IMG/VR virus record: IMGVR_UViG_3300010158_000053
Coordinates: 1 to 64,000 of that record
Length of the DNA stretch: 64,000 nucleotides
Reading direction: 5' to 3' (one strand)
DNA from: an uncultured virus (IMG/VR IMGVR_UViG_3300010158_000053)
Taxonomy: Duplodnaviria > Heunggongvirae > Uroviricota > Caudoviricetes
Numbering within the stretch: position 1 is the stretch's first letter; each line of letters opens with the position of its first letter. Positions 48,834-57,688 of the stretch are shown here, piece by piece. Made by a program: the position numbers and the translations under genes. The notes under the pieces are model-generated. The model was given only the letters and a program-made list of their open reading frames with translations, was not told where the DNA came from and did no database searches.

Positions 48834-49140
48834 CCCGTTTCTCCGCTTGTTGTTGCTCACACCAAGCAATCGTTCTGTCCAACATCTCTATTGTAATCTT
48901 GTCTGGATCAATTCCAAAATGTTGTTTAATCTTGGCCTCGTTGCGTTTAACTTCTTCAAATGCCAAATCACTTGTGCGGCATTCTTCAGTCCACAATGCC
49001 GCACAGCATTCACTAATCAACAACTCGGCGAATATTTCTAGTCTAGATCGCTCTACTTTGCCGGTATCTTCATCCGTCAAGTCACCTAGTAAAATACTTA
49101 CGCCTGCCTGTTCAGCAAGTTTTTTAATTCGTTCGTTCAT
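48826..49140 (-). CDS. Hypothetical protein (MNERI/IKQHFG family)
   Basis: 104 aa. Confidence 0.7.
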   Translation of the reverse strand: MNERIKKLAEQAGVSILLGDLTDEDTGKVERSRLEIFAELLISECCAALWTEECRTSDLAFEEVKRNEAKIKQHFGIDPDKITIEMLDRTIAWCEQQQAEKRDE

Positions 49141-50048
49141 ACCATCTCCAAATAGTTACGCACCCAGGCTAGGCGTGCTTGTTCATCCATTGCAGTATAT
49201 TCTACTATATTAGCACGTATCGCGTCAACTAGTGGATAGTATTCTTCATCGAGGTTTTTCTTGATGTCGGCTTCCATATTCACTAACTTGTCAGTGCGAG
49301 GATTACGAGCAACCCACTTGCTGGTCAAGTAGTATGGACTCTTGATCTTAAACGCTTGACCGTTCACAGTATAGGCCACAAATCCTTCGTGGCGAACCTT
49401 TTTAGACTCTGCTACCAACTCACCCACAGTCATGTGATAAGATTCTACTGCATAACACTTTAACGTATCTTCAGCAAATATCCGCCACACCTCATCACAA
49501 CCAAAGCCGTGAACTCGAGAGTTCCAGGCATTTTCACGCCAGCCTAAGAAATACATCCCAGTCTTTTCTACAATGATATGTGGGTCGCTTGGATGCACAC
49601 ATTCAAACATCAAAGTATGACCTCGAGCACCCAGCACTGCCATTTGCCAGTCAGCCCAGCAGGAGTGCTTCAGCATCATTTCTTTAGCATAGTCAACATA
49701 GTCGTTAGCAGTGGAACCAGTGGTGCTCACTAGGATATCGTTGTTATGCCAAGTCATTGCCACCATAAATCCGTTGACCTTACGATAAGCAGTTACAGGA
49801 GTATCATCAGTCAACACAGGAGCATTGGCTTCTACGCGGAAATTATAGATCTTTGTAAATGGCCGTGATACTACATTGAAGTCAGCATCCACAATTGTGC
49901 CGCGACATTCTTCAAGAAAGTCATTCCACAAGTCATCGTAGAAGACTCGCTTGGAATACTTTAGCACATAGATACCATCGCCAGCAGGCTTCATACTGAC
50001 CAACCGTGGGTTAGCCAATACAAACTCTTTCAATTCATCTTTGTTCAT
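49137..50048 (-). CDS. RNA ligase, T4 Rnl1-like
   Basis: ECRG, PFTKIYN, KVNGF (motif I), FE, EGFV, KIKS. Confidence 0.8.
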   Translation of the reverse strand: MNKDELKEFVLANPRLVSMKPAGDGIYVLKYSKRVFYDDLWNDFLEECRGTIVDADFNVVSRPFTKIYNFRVEANAPVLTDDTPVTAYRKVNGFMVAMTWHNNDILVSTTGSTANDYVDYAKEMMLKHSCWADWQMAVLGARGHTLMFECVHPSDPHIIVEKTGMYFLGWRENAWNSRVHGFGCDEVWRIFAEDTLKCYAVESYHMTVGELVAESKKVRHEGFVAYTVNGQAFKIKSPYYLTSKWVARNPRTDKLVNMEADIKKNLDEEYYPLVDAIRANIVEYTAMDEQARLAWVRNYLEMV

Positions 50049-50049
50049 T

Positions 50050-50337
50050 TTAAATCCTTACTGGCTTCACGCCATCAAAACCCCATTCACTGTCTGCGTC
50101 ATCGTATGCGATATTGTAATCTGCATATCCTGGATGAGCACTGTCGTTTTTGTAATACTCGTGCTCATAGTTACCAGCACGATCCTTATCGTCTTTATTG
50201 TAACCGTAACTGTCGTAACCTTCAGGATCATACTGGACATATTCTTCAGATGGTTTGTCTGATCCTGAATATTTTGTCCACCATTCCTGATCATTCATGT
50301 ACGCACGGTTTACGGTTGGGCTGTATTTTCCACGCAT
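50050..50337 (-). CDS. Hypothetical protein
   Basis: 95 aa with GYD/GYN repeats. Confidence 0.65.
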   Translation of the reverse strand: MRGKYSPTVNRAYMNDQEWWTKYSGSDKPSEEYVQYDPEGYDSYGYNKDDKDRAGNYEHEYYKNDSAHPGYADYNIAYDDADSEWGFDGVKPVRI

Positions 50338-50338
50338 A

Positions 50339-50536
50339 TTATTCTCCTACAAATTCGCGAACCCACTCAAAACGAGTTTTGCTGGCCTTGACCCATTTAA
50401 ATTGTTCACGACGACGGTTGATCTTGTCAAAGTCAAAGCAGATAAAGATCCAGCCCTTGTCCTCGGAGAACATAACTGATTCTTGTACCTTGACAATTTG
50501 TACAATCTTATCTTTGAATTTTGCTACAATCATCAT
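50339..50536 (-). CDS. Hypothetical protein
   Basis: 65 aa, GGAG RBS. Confidence 0.65.
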   Translation of the reverse strand: MMIVAKFKDKIVQIVKVQESVMFSEDKGWIFICFDFDKINRRREQFKWVKASKTRFEWVREFVGE

Positions 50537-50569
50537 ATACTACTCCAATTAGTTACTTGCTATGAGTGT

Positions 50570-50598
50570 ATTATAGCAGAGTTTTAATGGAGTGTCAA
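50570..50598 (-). promoter_or_regulatory. sigma70-type promoter
   Basis: TTGACA-N17-TATAAT. Confidence 0.8.
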
Positions 50599-50831
50599 CC
50601 TTGTTTTAGCATCCAAACCAATACTTGATTTTGGTCCAAAAGAGCTACATCTTTGGAATGTTTTTCAACTGGGCGACTGGTAGCACCGCCATTCCAAATC
50701 TTTATCTTAATTCGACCTCGTCCGGAATTGGCGGGATACTCTTTTCCCAAACTTTTGACACGGTAGATGTTGCTGTAAAATACAACAAAGTCATCTACCT
50801 TGATCTCACGGTCGATCATATCAGTGATCAT
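50595..50831 (-). CDS. Hypothetical protein
   Basis: 78 aa. Confidence 0.65.
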   Translation of the reverse strand: MITDMIDREIKVDDFVVFYSNIYRVKSLGKEYPANSGRGRIKIKIWNGGATSRPVEKHSKDVALLDQNQVLVWMLKQG

Positions 50832-50832
50832 A

Positions 50833-51378
50833 TTAGTGATGCCCTTTGATTTGGCCTTTTAGGGCCTGTGCAACAGCATCATCCATCGAGATCGCAATCA
50901 TACCAGTTGCATCCATACCTACATCAAGGACTCTGTAGTGCTCGATTCCACTAACACCTCCATGAAGATGACCGTGTAAGTGAACAGAGCCACGATGTTG
51001 TTGATCAAATTCCTGAATTGGATAATGAAACATACATACAACAGTGCCATCATAGACCAATCGCAGGTATTGGTGTACTTCCTTAAAACACTTGCGGAAT
51101 GTGGGATCGTTCAGTGTCTTACGGTCGTGATTACCTTCAACTAAGATCTTAGTGCCGTTACAGCGGTTCATAAATTCTGCTGCCTTTTGAGCAGGCAAGA
51201 ATGCCACATCACCCAATATGTACACTGTATCTTCAGGAGCAATCAGGTCGTTCCATTCCTTGACCATTTGCTCGTTCATATAGTCTACGTCATTACGAAA
51301 CCTTGCCCGCGATACAGGACAAAAGGACATAATGTTCTTATGTCCAAAATGTAAATCACTTGTTACCCAAGTATTCAT
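50833..51378 (-). CDS. Calcineurin-like metallophosphoesterase
   Basis: SDLHFGH, LGD, GNHD, HYP, HGHLH, DVGMD. Confidence 0.88.
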   Translation of the reverse strand: MNTWVTSDLHFGHKNIMSFCPVSRARFRNDVDYMNEQMVKEWNDLIAPEDTVYILGDVAFLPAQKAAEFMNRCNGTKILVEGNHDRKTLNDPTFRKCFKEVHQYLRLVYDGTVVCMFHYPIQEFDQQHRGSVHLHGHLHGGVSGIEHYRVLDVGMDATGMIAISMDDAVAQALKGQIKGHH

Positions 51379-52397
51379 TATTCACCACTCTTTAATAAAA
51401 ATTTGTTAGAAATTGCCTTGAAGCTCACAGACTTTTCGTTACACTTGAACACCAGTCCTTCACGCTCTTGCTTGGGATTCAATTCTGAATTACCTTCAGC
51501 GTACTTCAACAGATTTTCAATAGTTTCGCCGCCGCCCAAACGATCATTAGAGATCAAAATAGGGCAGTGATTCAACTTGTGTTCAGTTACAAACGCCACT
51601 CGTTCAGCAGGAGTGTAGTAACGACCTGCATCAATGTCATAAATGTCGTAAACATAAAAGTCTTGATCACGCATTTGGTACTTGTTACCTTGAATGCCGT
51701 TTCCAATCAGTTCACCTTGGACTGCAATGTTACCACCTGCAATCTTCAACTTTTCTTCTAAGTCGTGCCGGATAGCGGCACGCCACAATGAATTATCAAC
51801 ATTACGCTTGAGGTCAAGGTTGCGTGAGCAAACACCAACTTCACCATCAATAACATAAACAGTCATTGAAGACCCATCGAGTTTCTCTGTAATTTCCCAA
51901 GATAGATTTTCAGTCTTCCACTCCGCCAACTCTGCTGACAAGTTTTGAATACGCTCTTGGTCAGTCTTCGGAATCACTGAAGGGAACATACCTTTGACTT
52001 CACCTGCAAGTTCTGCGGGGATGGGTGCTTCATACTTGGTGATGCCAAGCAGTTCAGAAACATCCATACCTTCGTAAATCTCACCAACCTTGTCTAGAAC
52101 AGTGTATCGGTCCAATAGAAGGCCCTGTGACAGTTGACCACGCAACTTTACAGTACGCAGACGTTCACCCTTGACTTCATTGAAAACACGTGGAAAGTTT
52201 CCTTTTGATAGAAATGGTGCAATGTTATGTGGAATCCAAGAATCAATTTCGCAGTACACAGCCAGATCACCAGCAGTGTATTCACCCTTCTTTACCACGC
52301 AGGTCCATCCACCTACGATAGCGCATTCAATTGCATCAGCGCCTTCAATAGGACGCAGTGCATCAATCTTACGGATAGTTGCCATTTTACGAGTCAT
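51378..52397 (-). CDS. RNA ligase, DRB0094/Rnl2-superfamily with N-terminal OB domain
   Basis: PIEGADAIE, RGQLSQGL, KTDQERIQN, EKLDGSS, QGEL, EGLVFK, FKAISN. Confidence 0.85.
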   Translation of the reverse strand: MTRKMATIRKIDALRPIEGADAIECAIVGGWTCVVKKGEYTAGDLAVYCEIDSWIPHNIAPFLSKGNFPRVFNEVKGERLRTVKLRGQLSQGLLLDRYTVLDKVGEIYEGMDVSELLGITKYEAPIPAELAGEVKGMFPSVIPKTDQERIQNLSAELAEWKTENLSWEITEKLDGSSMTVYVIDGEVGVCSRNLDLKRNVDNSLWRAAIRHDLEEKLKIAGGNIAVQGELIGNGIQGNKYQMRDQDFYVYDIYDIDAGRYYTPAERVAFVTEHKLNHCPILISNDRLGGGETIENLLKYAEGNSELNPKQEREGLVFKCNEKSVSFKAISNKFLLKSGE

Positions 52398-52409
52398 TTT
52401 AAACTCCTT

Positions 52410-53084
52410 TTACCAAAGTAAATCAAAATTACCAGCCAATACCTTTTTAACACTGGCTGTACGATCTGTTAAGTGATCCTTGACAACATCATCTTGGAAA
52501 CGGTAAGTACGAATTTTATCACCACGCATACCCGACCCAACCTGTTGCCGCCTATCACTTGCTATGTGTGTATTATAACTGGTTTTAGTCAGTTTGTCAA
52601 CTCTTTGCTGTATATCTGTCCTAGCTTGATCCAAACTGTTTTGACGACTACGGCACTGTGCAGTGGCCACTTCTCCAGTGGGAATATGAGTTATTCGGCA
52701 GGAATTTTGGTGCTTGTTACGGTGCTGACCTCCAGCACCAGTGCCGCTGTACCACTCGATTTTTAAATCAGTTTCTGGTATAGCCACAACTCTTGGACGA
52801 TCAGTGTCATCTATGATGGCCACGGTCACTGTGCTGGTATGAACACGTCCTTTCCTTTCGGTGGGTGGAACACGCTGTATGCGATGTCCTCCAGGTTCAT
52901 TCTTTAAGCCGGATAGGTCAGTGCCCTGTACTTCTAAATGAAGTTCGCCTTGGTACTCACCTATCAGGCGGGTAGTTCAGCCCCGGCTTTGTGCAAACTT
53001 GATATAGGCTTGTGCCAGATCTCGTACAAACAGTTTACTATCTTCGCCACCTTCGGCAGCTCTAATCTCAATAATCTTCTTCAT
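52410..53084 (-). CDS. Class I peptide chain release factor, RF1-type, lacking domain 1, with in-frame UGA at codon 36
   Basis: MKKIIEIRAAEGGEDSKLF...AQSRG*TTR...EPGGHRIQRVPPTERKGRVHTSTVTVA...GAGGQHRNK...RSRQNS...KIRTY; TGA at 52977-52979. Confidence 0.85.
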
Positions 53085-53319
53085 TTTCAATTACCCTTTC
53101 ATTTCTTTTTGATGCGCCTATTCGGCTGGTTTTGTTCCAATCGTATTTAACACCATCTGGACAAACACCATCACGAATACTGTCTACACCAAACATACCT
53201 ACAATTTCAAAGTCTTGACCTTTGATAGTCACAAACTCATTCATGTGCTTGGCAAGATTCATCGCCTCAGTCAGTGTTAAAACTTTGAATGTTTCTTCTT
53301 TACCAATCACTTCAAACAT
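53068..53319 (-). CDS. Hypothetical protein
   Basis: 83 aa overlapping the RF start. Confidence 0.7.
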   Translation of the reverse strand: MFEVIGKEETFKVLTLTEAMNLAKHMNEFVTIKGQDFEIVGMFGVDSIRDGVCPDGVKYDWNKTSRIGASKRNERVIENEEDY

Positions 53320-53328
53320 TTATTACTT

Positions 53329-54213
53329 TCATCTTGAATAATTATTATTCCTAATATTTTGATCTATTTCATTTAATACGTGATCTAAATGTGCCAACGC
53401 TTGGTGATAGTTTTGGATCCAACACATTGCCGCAAATCTGCGTGTCATATAATGACCACGTTTGAGATTTTCTTTTTGTAAATTCTCAATATACCAAATA
53501 CATTCTTCTTCTGTAAAAAACAAGGGTATGTTTTCCCAACCGTGAAATCCAAAACTAAAGTTCAATCCTGTAAGTAATTCAGTACTAAACTTCAATGACA
53601 GATCAAGCGGGGCAAATTTAATACCGTGTGCTTTTTCCAAATACTCCCTGTATCGAACAGAGATACTCCAATCTTCACAACGTTGATAATTCTTATCTGA
53701 AATGAATACACTGATCTCAGGATCCTGTAGTGCAGTAATAAGTTTCTTACTACGCAGACTACAGCCACCACCACCATTGTACCATCCATTGGGCGAACTA
53801 TCATAGACTTCGTGTTGTATCAAACTATTGGCCAATGGATACCACTTTTTATGAGTAGGAGATCCAATGTAGTCATAATCCAAGAACTCGTCAGTCCATT
53901 CATCTTGATTGACGCAAAACCCATCATACTGAATACTGATCACGTGTTCAGTGTTGATATATGGGCCCATATGCTTAAACAAGAAGTCACAGTATATATC
54001 CAATGTTAGCGGTACTGGCTTCATCGTAGTCGTATCATACGGTGCGATGGAAGTTGCAATATCGTGATAGGTGTGTTGATACTTCAAATTGGGCAGGACC
54101 CGATCTGAAAATACCAACACTTCATCAAACTTCTTTGCCTCACAGCTTTTATTGATAGAAAACTCTGTAAGCTCGTGATTGATATTGCTAACACTCATCA
54201 ATGAGATACTCAT
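53329..54213 (-). CDS. Glycosyltransferase-like protein (DUF5672-like)
   Basis: IQYDGF, FLDYDYIG, NGGGGCSLRSKKL, ED, FGFHG. Confidence 0.65.
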   Translation of the reverse strand: MSISLMSVSNINHELTEFSINKSCEAKKFDEVLVFSDRVLPNLKYQHTYHDIATSIAPYDTTTMKPVPLTLDIYCDFLFKHMGPYINTEHVISIQYDGFCVNQDEWTDEFLDYDYIGSPTHKKWYPLANSLIQHEVYDSSPNGWYNGGGGCSLRSKKLITALQDPEISVFISDKNYQRCEDWSISVRYREYLEKAHGIKFAPLDLSLKFSTELLTGLNFSFGFHGWENIPLFFTEEECIWYIENLQKENLKRGHYMTRRFAAMCWIQNYHQALAHLDHVLNEIDQNIRNNNYSR

Positions 54214-54773
54214 TAGATATCGCCTTCTCGTTCTCTACGAGCTTTTCTTTCTTTGGCCAATGTGAAAACTTTTTCATTATCATTGGCCCAGTCGATTTCC
54301 TTAGGGAGAATGATCCCAAACTCAGTTGTTACACCGTTGATAGTGTGGGGCTCATTCTCATCATAGGTCCAACCCAAGTGCTTCATCATACGATGTTTGA
54401 CACACAGGTTAGGGCTACGGAAAACTTCAGTGTCATCAAAGCCCATCATAACACCAACTTCACAAACTGCACCACTACGACAAACACCTGCGTGGCAATG
54501 AACGATAACGTTCATATGGTTAGCCAATGCGTGTTGCAACAGTTGAGCCAACTCAGCAGCCTGTTTGTGACTGCATCGCATTGACTCATCCAAGCATTTG
54601 TCATTTTCTTCAATGTCCAAAAATTTAAATTGATGGACTTCCTTAAAGGTATACAAGGGGGCGGGATATTCCATATCTGGATCGCATATCTGGATCAACA
54701 TAGAGTTCTCACCTGGGTTAATATGTAACCCTCGTTTAATGTCGCTCAGTGCAACATTTTGTATCCACGGCAT
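54213..54773 (-). CDS. Cys-dependent (CX5R) phosphatase-like protein
   Basis: IVHCHAGVCRS. Confidence 0.78.
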   Translation of the reverse strand: MPWIQNVALSDIKRGLHINPGENSMLIQICDPDMEYPAPLYTFKEVHQFKFLDIEENDKCLDESMRCSHKQAAELAQLLQHALANHMNVIVHCHAGVCRSGAVCEVGVMMGFDDTEVFRSPNLCVKHRMMKHLGWTYDENEPHTINGVTTEFGIILPKEIDWANDNEKVFTLAKERKARREREGDI

Positions 54774-55087
54774 TACTGCAAATCCCAAATCTTTCCACCA
54801 GCATCACGGTAATAGTCGTCGTTAGCATCCACGGCGGTTTCTTCTTTGTCCACTGGATCAATTACATACCATTGTGCACTACCCGACTTTTGATAAGAAT
54901 TAATAACACCAACTGTGGCAACCAACGGAGCAGGTTGCTCAGTAGTTGTGGTAGTAGTTGTAACGGTAGTATGCGTTACTTCTTCATCGTCAAAATCATT
55001 ATACATCACAGGCTCACTCCTTCGAATAACGGCCACAATAATAGCCACAAAAAACAATAAGAAAAACAAAACAATAAGAAAACTCAT
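54773..55087 (-). CDS. Membrane-anchored protein
   Basis: N-terminal TM, Thr run. Confidence 0.7.
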   Translation of the reverse strand: MSFLIVLFFLLFFVAIIVAVIRRSEPVMYNDFDDEEVTHTTVTTTTTTTEQPAPLVATVGVINSYQKSGSAQWYVIDPVDKEETAVDANDDYYRDAGGKIWDLQ

Positions 55088-55789
55088 TTATAGAACTCCA
55101 ATAATAAAAATAAACAGCAAAACACAACCAATACCAAGGAAAATCATAAGCACGATTTCGCCAACACTAGGACCAGGTTTTTCAACATAGACAACTTGTT
55201 GAGCGGGTTGTGAACTTTGATACTGCAAAGCATCTGCAGGAGCAGCCTGTGCTACCATAGCACCATTTTGCATAGGAACAAATTGTCCATTTTGGTATGT
55301 GCCAACTTGATAACCTTGCTGGTTAACTACTCGACCATCTGGGTAAAGCAATGCATTACCATTATAACCACCACCTGAATAAACAACAGTGTTATGAGGA
55401 TGCATCATATTACCAATAATCAAACCAGTCAATAGTCCGTTACTGTAGCCAAACCCCATACCCATACCGCCGTACATCATAGGTGCACCTGCATAACCAC
55501 CGCCAGTAGTCCTACGTGTCATTGTGGTAGTTGATGTAGTTGTAGTAGTCTGCCTTGGAGCAGCGGCAGGGGGCGCACTAAAACTGCCTTTATTGGCAGT
55601 AGGTGGCGCAACTGGCCGGGGCGCGGCTGAAGGAGCACTGAAACTACCTTTAGATCCGCCTGAACTAACTGAACTATGTCCACCGCCTGAACTAGCGTGG
55701 CCACCTCCTCCACCTCCTCCACCTGGCTTGGCATCGACTGCACAGGCAAAAGCCAAACTAATTGCCAATACTGCAAGAAACTTTTTCAT
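55088..55789 (-). CDS. Exported Gly/Ser-rich protein with C-terminal TM
   Basis: Signal peptide, poly-Gly, C-terminal hydrophobic anchor. Confidence 0.72.
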   Translation of the reverse strand: MKKFLAVLAISLAFACAVDAKPGGGGGGGGHASSGGGHSSVSSGGSKGSFSAPSAAPRPVAPPTANKGSFSAPPAAAPRQTTTTTSTTTMTRRTTGGGYAGAPMMYGGMGMGFGYSNGLLTGLIIGNMMHPHNTVVYSGGGYNGNALLYPDGRVVNQQGYQVGTYQNGQFVPMQNGAMVAQAAPADALQYQSSQPAQQVVYVEKPGPSVGEIVLMIFLGIGCVLLFIFIIGVL

Positions 55790-55817
55790 AAAAACCTCAT
55801 TAAGTTAAGATAAACTA

Positions 55818-55846
55818 ATTATACAGTAATCTTGAACAAATGTCAA
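55818..55846 (-). promoter_or_regulatory. sigma70-type promoter
   Basis: TTGACA-N17-TATAAT. Confidence 0.8.
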
Positions 55847-56112
55847 GACTTCATATTCATTTTAAGCAAGTAAAGAGTTACTTCAGGACCTTCTACAATG
55901 ACCACATCTTGTGGATATTTGTTGGCACCAGTATACCATTTACTGTGAGCACCAACTTCCCAAACTTTAACCATTTTGTTATTAAGTTTTTTAATGGTAC
56001 CAAACTCCAAATTATTGTGGTAAGGATAGCAAACAGCATCACCAACCTTGATAATACGGCCCAATTTGTCCTTATGTTCAATTGGTGCTTTTACAGTTTT
56101 AGCAGTGCTCAT
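55843..56112 (-). CDS. Hypothetical protein
   Basis: 89 aa; DKLGRIIKVGD. Confidence 0.7.
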   Translation of the reverse strand: MSTAKTVKAPIEHKDKLGRIIKVGDAVCYPYHNNLEFGTIKKLNNKMVKVWEVGAHSKWYTGANKYPQDVVIVEGPEVTLYLLKMNMKS

Positions 56113-56258
56113 ACAGCAGTTTCCCTTGAGTCAGTTTCAAACTTTACTTCTACAATATGATATTTTGAATATGGATATTGTACCACCAACCATTCCAACA
56201 AGCCTGGTTCGTAGGGAAGATTTACTGATTCATCATAATTGGTAATATACCGAATCAT
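56109..56258 (-). CDS. Small hypothetical protein (49 aa)
   Basis: ATGA overlaps at both ends. Confidence 0.55.
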   Translation of the reverse strand: MIRYITNYDESVNLPYEPGLLEWLVVQYPYSKYHIVEVKFETDSRETAV

Positions 56259-56719
56259 GATGCATACCAAATTTCTTTGAAGCCTTCATCTAATTCAGGT
56301 TCGTCCCAACCTGCAATCATTGATTGCATAACGTGCTTGGGGATATTCTTACCCGGGCGGCTTGCCAAACGACGATTCAATTCTTCTTCATCAGGTGTTT
56401 TAAACACCACTGCAATATGTTCATAGTCAGGCAACATATTAAACTTGCGAGTACGACTAGCAATGCTAGTGCTAGTTTGGTCCCAGATGATATCCTTGCC
56501 TGCTTCACGGGCCTTGACAACATCGTCTGCCATCAACTTTACAGCAATGGGCATAAAGTCTTTGAACACTTCGTTATAGGTCTTACCTTCAAGTTCAGCT
56601 TGTCGTTCCACGTGATGGTCAGTAGAAATGTATGCACAATCTTTAGCCCATTCTTGATTAGCAACCCAAGTGCTTTTACCTGCACCTGGCACACCAATCA
56701 ATTGATAACACTTAGGCAT
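56255..56719 (-). CDS. P-loop kinase (AAA_33/polynucleotide kinase-like)
   Basis: GVPGAGKSTW, STD, DQT, RLASR. Confidence 0.78.
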   Translation of the reverse strand: MPKCYQLIGVPGAGKSTWVANQEWAKDCAYISTDHHVERQAELEGKTYNEVFKDFMPIAVKLMADDVVKAREAGKDIIWDQTSTSIASRTRKFNMLPDYEHIAVVFKTPDEEELNRRLASRPGKNIPKHVMQSMIAGWDEPELDEGFKEIWYAS

Positions 56720-56740
56720 TTTCTAAATCCTTAATTTGTT

Positions 56741-56902
56741 TCATTCTTCAACTCCAAAATGTTCTTTAATTCTACGGTTAATCTCTGTTAATACTTCTTC
56801 AGTAACATCTTTAACCTCGCCTGTTAGAACACAATGTTCGTGTTCCCAAGTGCAGATTGTTTTACTTTTTCCATCTTGCTCAACCACAACCGATAGTTTC
56901 AT
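56741..56902 (-). CDS. Small hypothetical protein (53 aa, IKEHFG tail)
   Basis: TAATG coupling to upstream gene. Confidence 0.55.
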   Translation of the reverse strand: MKLSVVVEQDGKSKTICTWEHEHCVLTGEVKDVTEEVLTEINRRIKEHFGVEE

Positions 56903-57141
56903 TACTGTACTCCAAAATGTTGTTTCACTGCTTCTGCGAATCGTTCACTGGGTTTGTAGTTAAGATTGGCAGGATCACGCTGAGATAAACATACACGGGC
57001 ACATTCCCTGACAATCAACTCGGCGAACTTTGCCAACTTATCTTTTTCTGTTACAACACCCGGACCATTTTGACCTTCAACTAAATTATTAGGCGGGTTG
57101 AATCCAGCCTGTAGAGCAAGTTGTCGAATTCGTTCGTTCAT
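56902..57141 (-). CDS. Hypothetical protein (MNERI/KQHFG family)
   Basis: 79 aa. Confidence 0.7.
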   Translation of the reverse strand: MNERIRQLALQAGFNPPNNLVEGQNGPGVVTEKDKLAKFAELIVRECARVCLSQRDPANLNYKPSERFAEAVKQHFGVQ

Positions 57142-57398
57142 AGTTCAATCTCACCAGATGCAACTAATTCATTTACGGCATCATTGAATTCACTTTCAAT
57201 ATCCCAATATGCTTCTGCACGTTCGATATCCTTCTTGCGTTTACGAACAGCAGTACCTTGTTGATAAACAAGCCAAACGTGTTCTTCACAATAACTACGA
57301 CCTTCAACTGTTGGCTTGCAACAGGCCGAGGCCATTTTAGTACTATTGCCAAGCCAAGTGCATTGGGTAATTTCAGTATCATTCATTTTCGGTATCAT
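57138..57398 (-). CDS. Small protein with GcrA-C-terminal-like Cys/His motif
   Basis: CTWLG...CCKP..GRSYCEEH. Confidence 0.5.
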   Translation of the reverse strand: MIPKMNDTEITQCTWLGNSTKMASACCKPTVEGRSYCEEHVWLVYQQGTAVRKRKKDIERAEAYWDIESEFNDAVNELVASGEIEL

Positions 57399-57687
57399 CT
57401 TTCTTTAAAATTTTATTAAGTTCATCGATAGAATGAACATTGCCTGCACCCACGGAATCCATAAAGTCTTTAAGACTTATCAATTTATCACGTGACATAC
57501 TGAGCATATTGTTAGTACCACGCATTTCGCCTTCCACACCTGAAATGTATTCAAATACTAACAGTAGTACAAATACTGCCCACCAGCGAGTATCGTCCCA
57601 ATGCAAATCTAAGGTAGTCAATATCCAAAAGATAGTGGAAAGTACCACCAGTCTTTGCATTGTTCGACCAGTTAGTAAGTCCCACAT
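57379..57687 (-). CDS. Membrane protein
   Basis: Two TM segments. Confidence 0.65.
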   Translation of the reverse strand: MWDLLTGRTMQRLVVLSTIFWILTTLDLHWDDTRWWAVFVLLLVFEYISGVEGEMRGTNNMLSMSRDKLISLKDFMDSVGAGNVHSIDELNKILKKDDTENE

Positions 57688-57688
57688 A

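Noticed and set aside
52410..52829. 139-aa ORF as a stand-alone ArfB/YaeJ-type hydrolase
   Set aside because: The in-frame upstream sequence encodes RF1 domain 2 motifs (PxT, HTS), so the gene starts at 53084.
52954..52979. Selenocysteine at the RF UGA
   Set aside because: The position corresponds to Trp, not a catalytic Cys, and the downstream hairpin is shorter and closer than a typical bacterial SECIS; not formally excluded.
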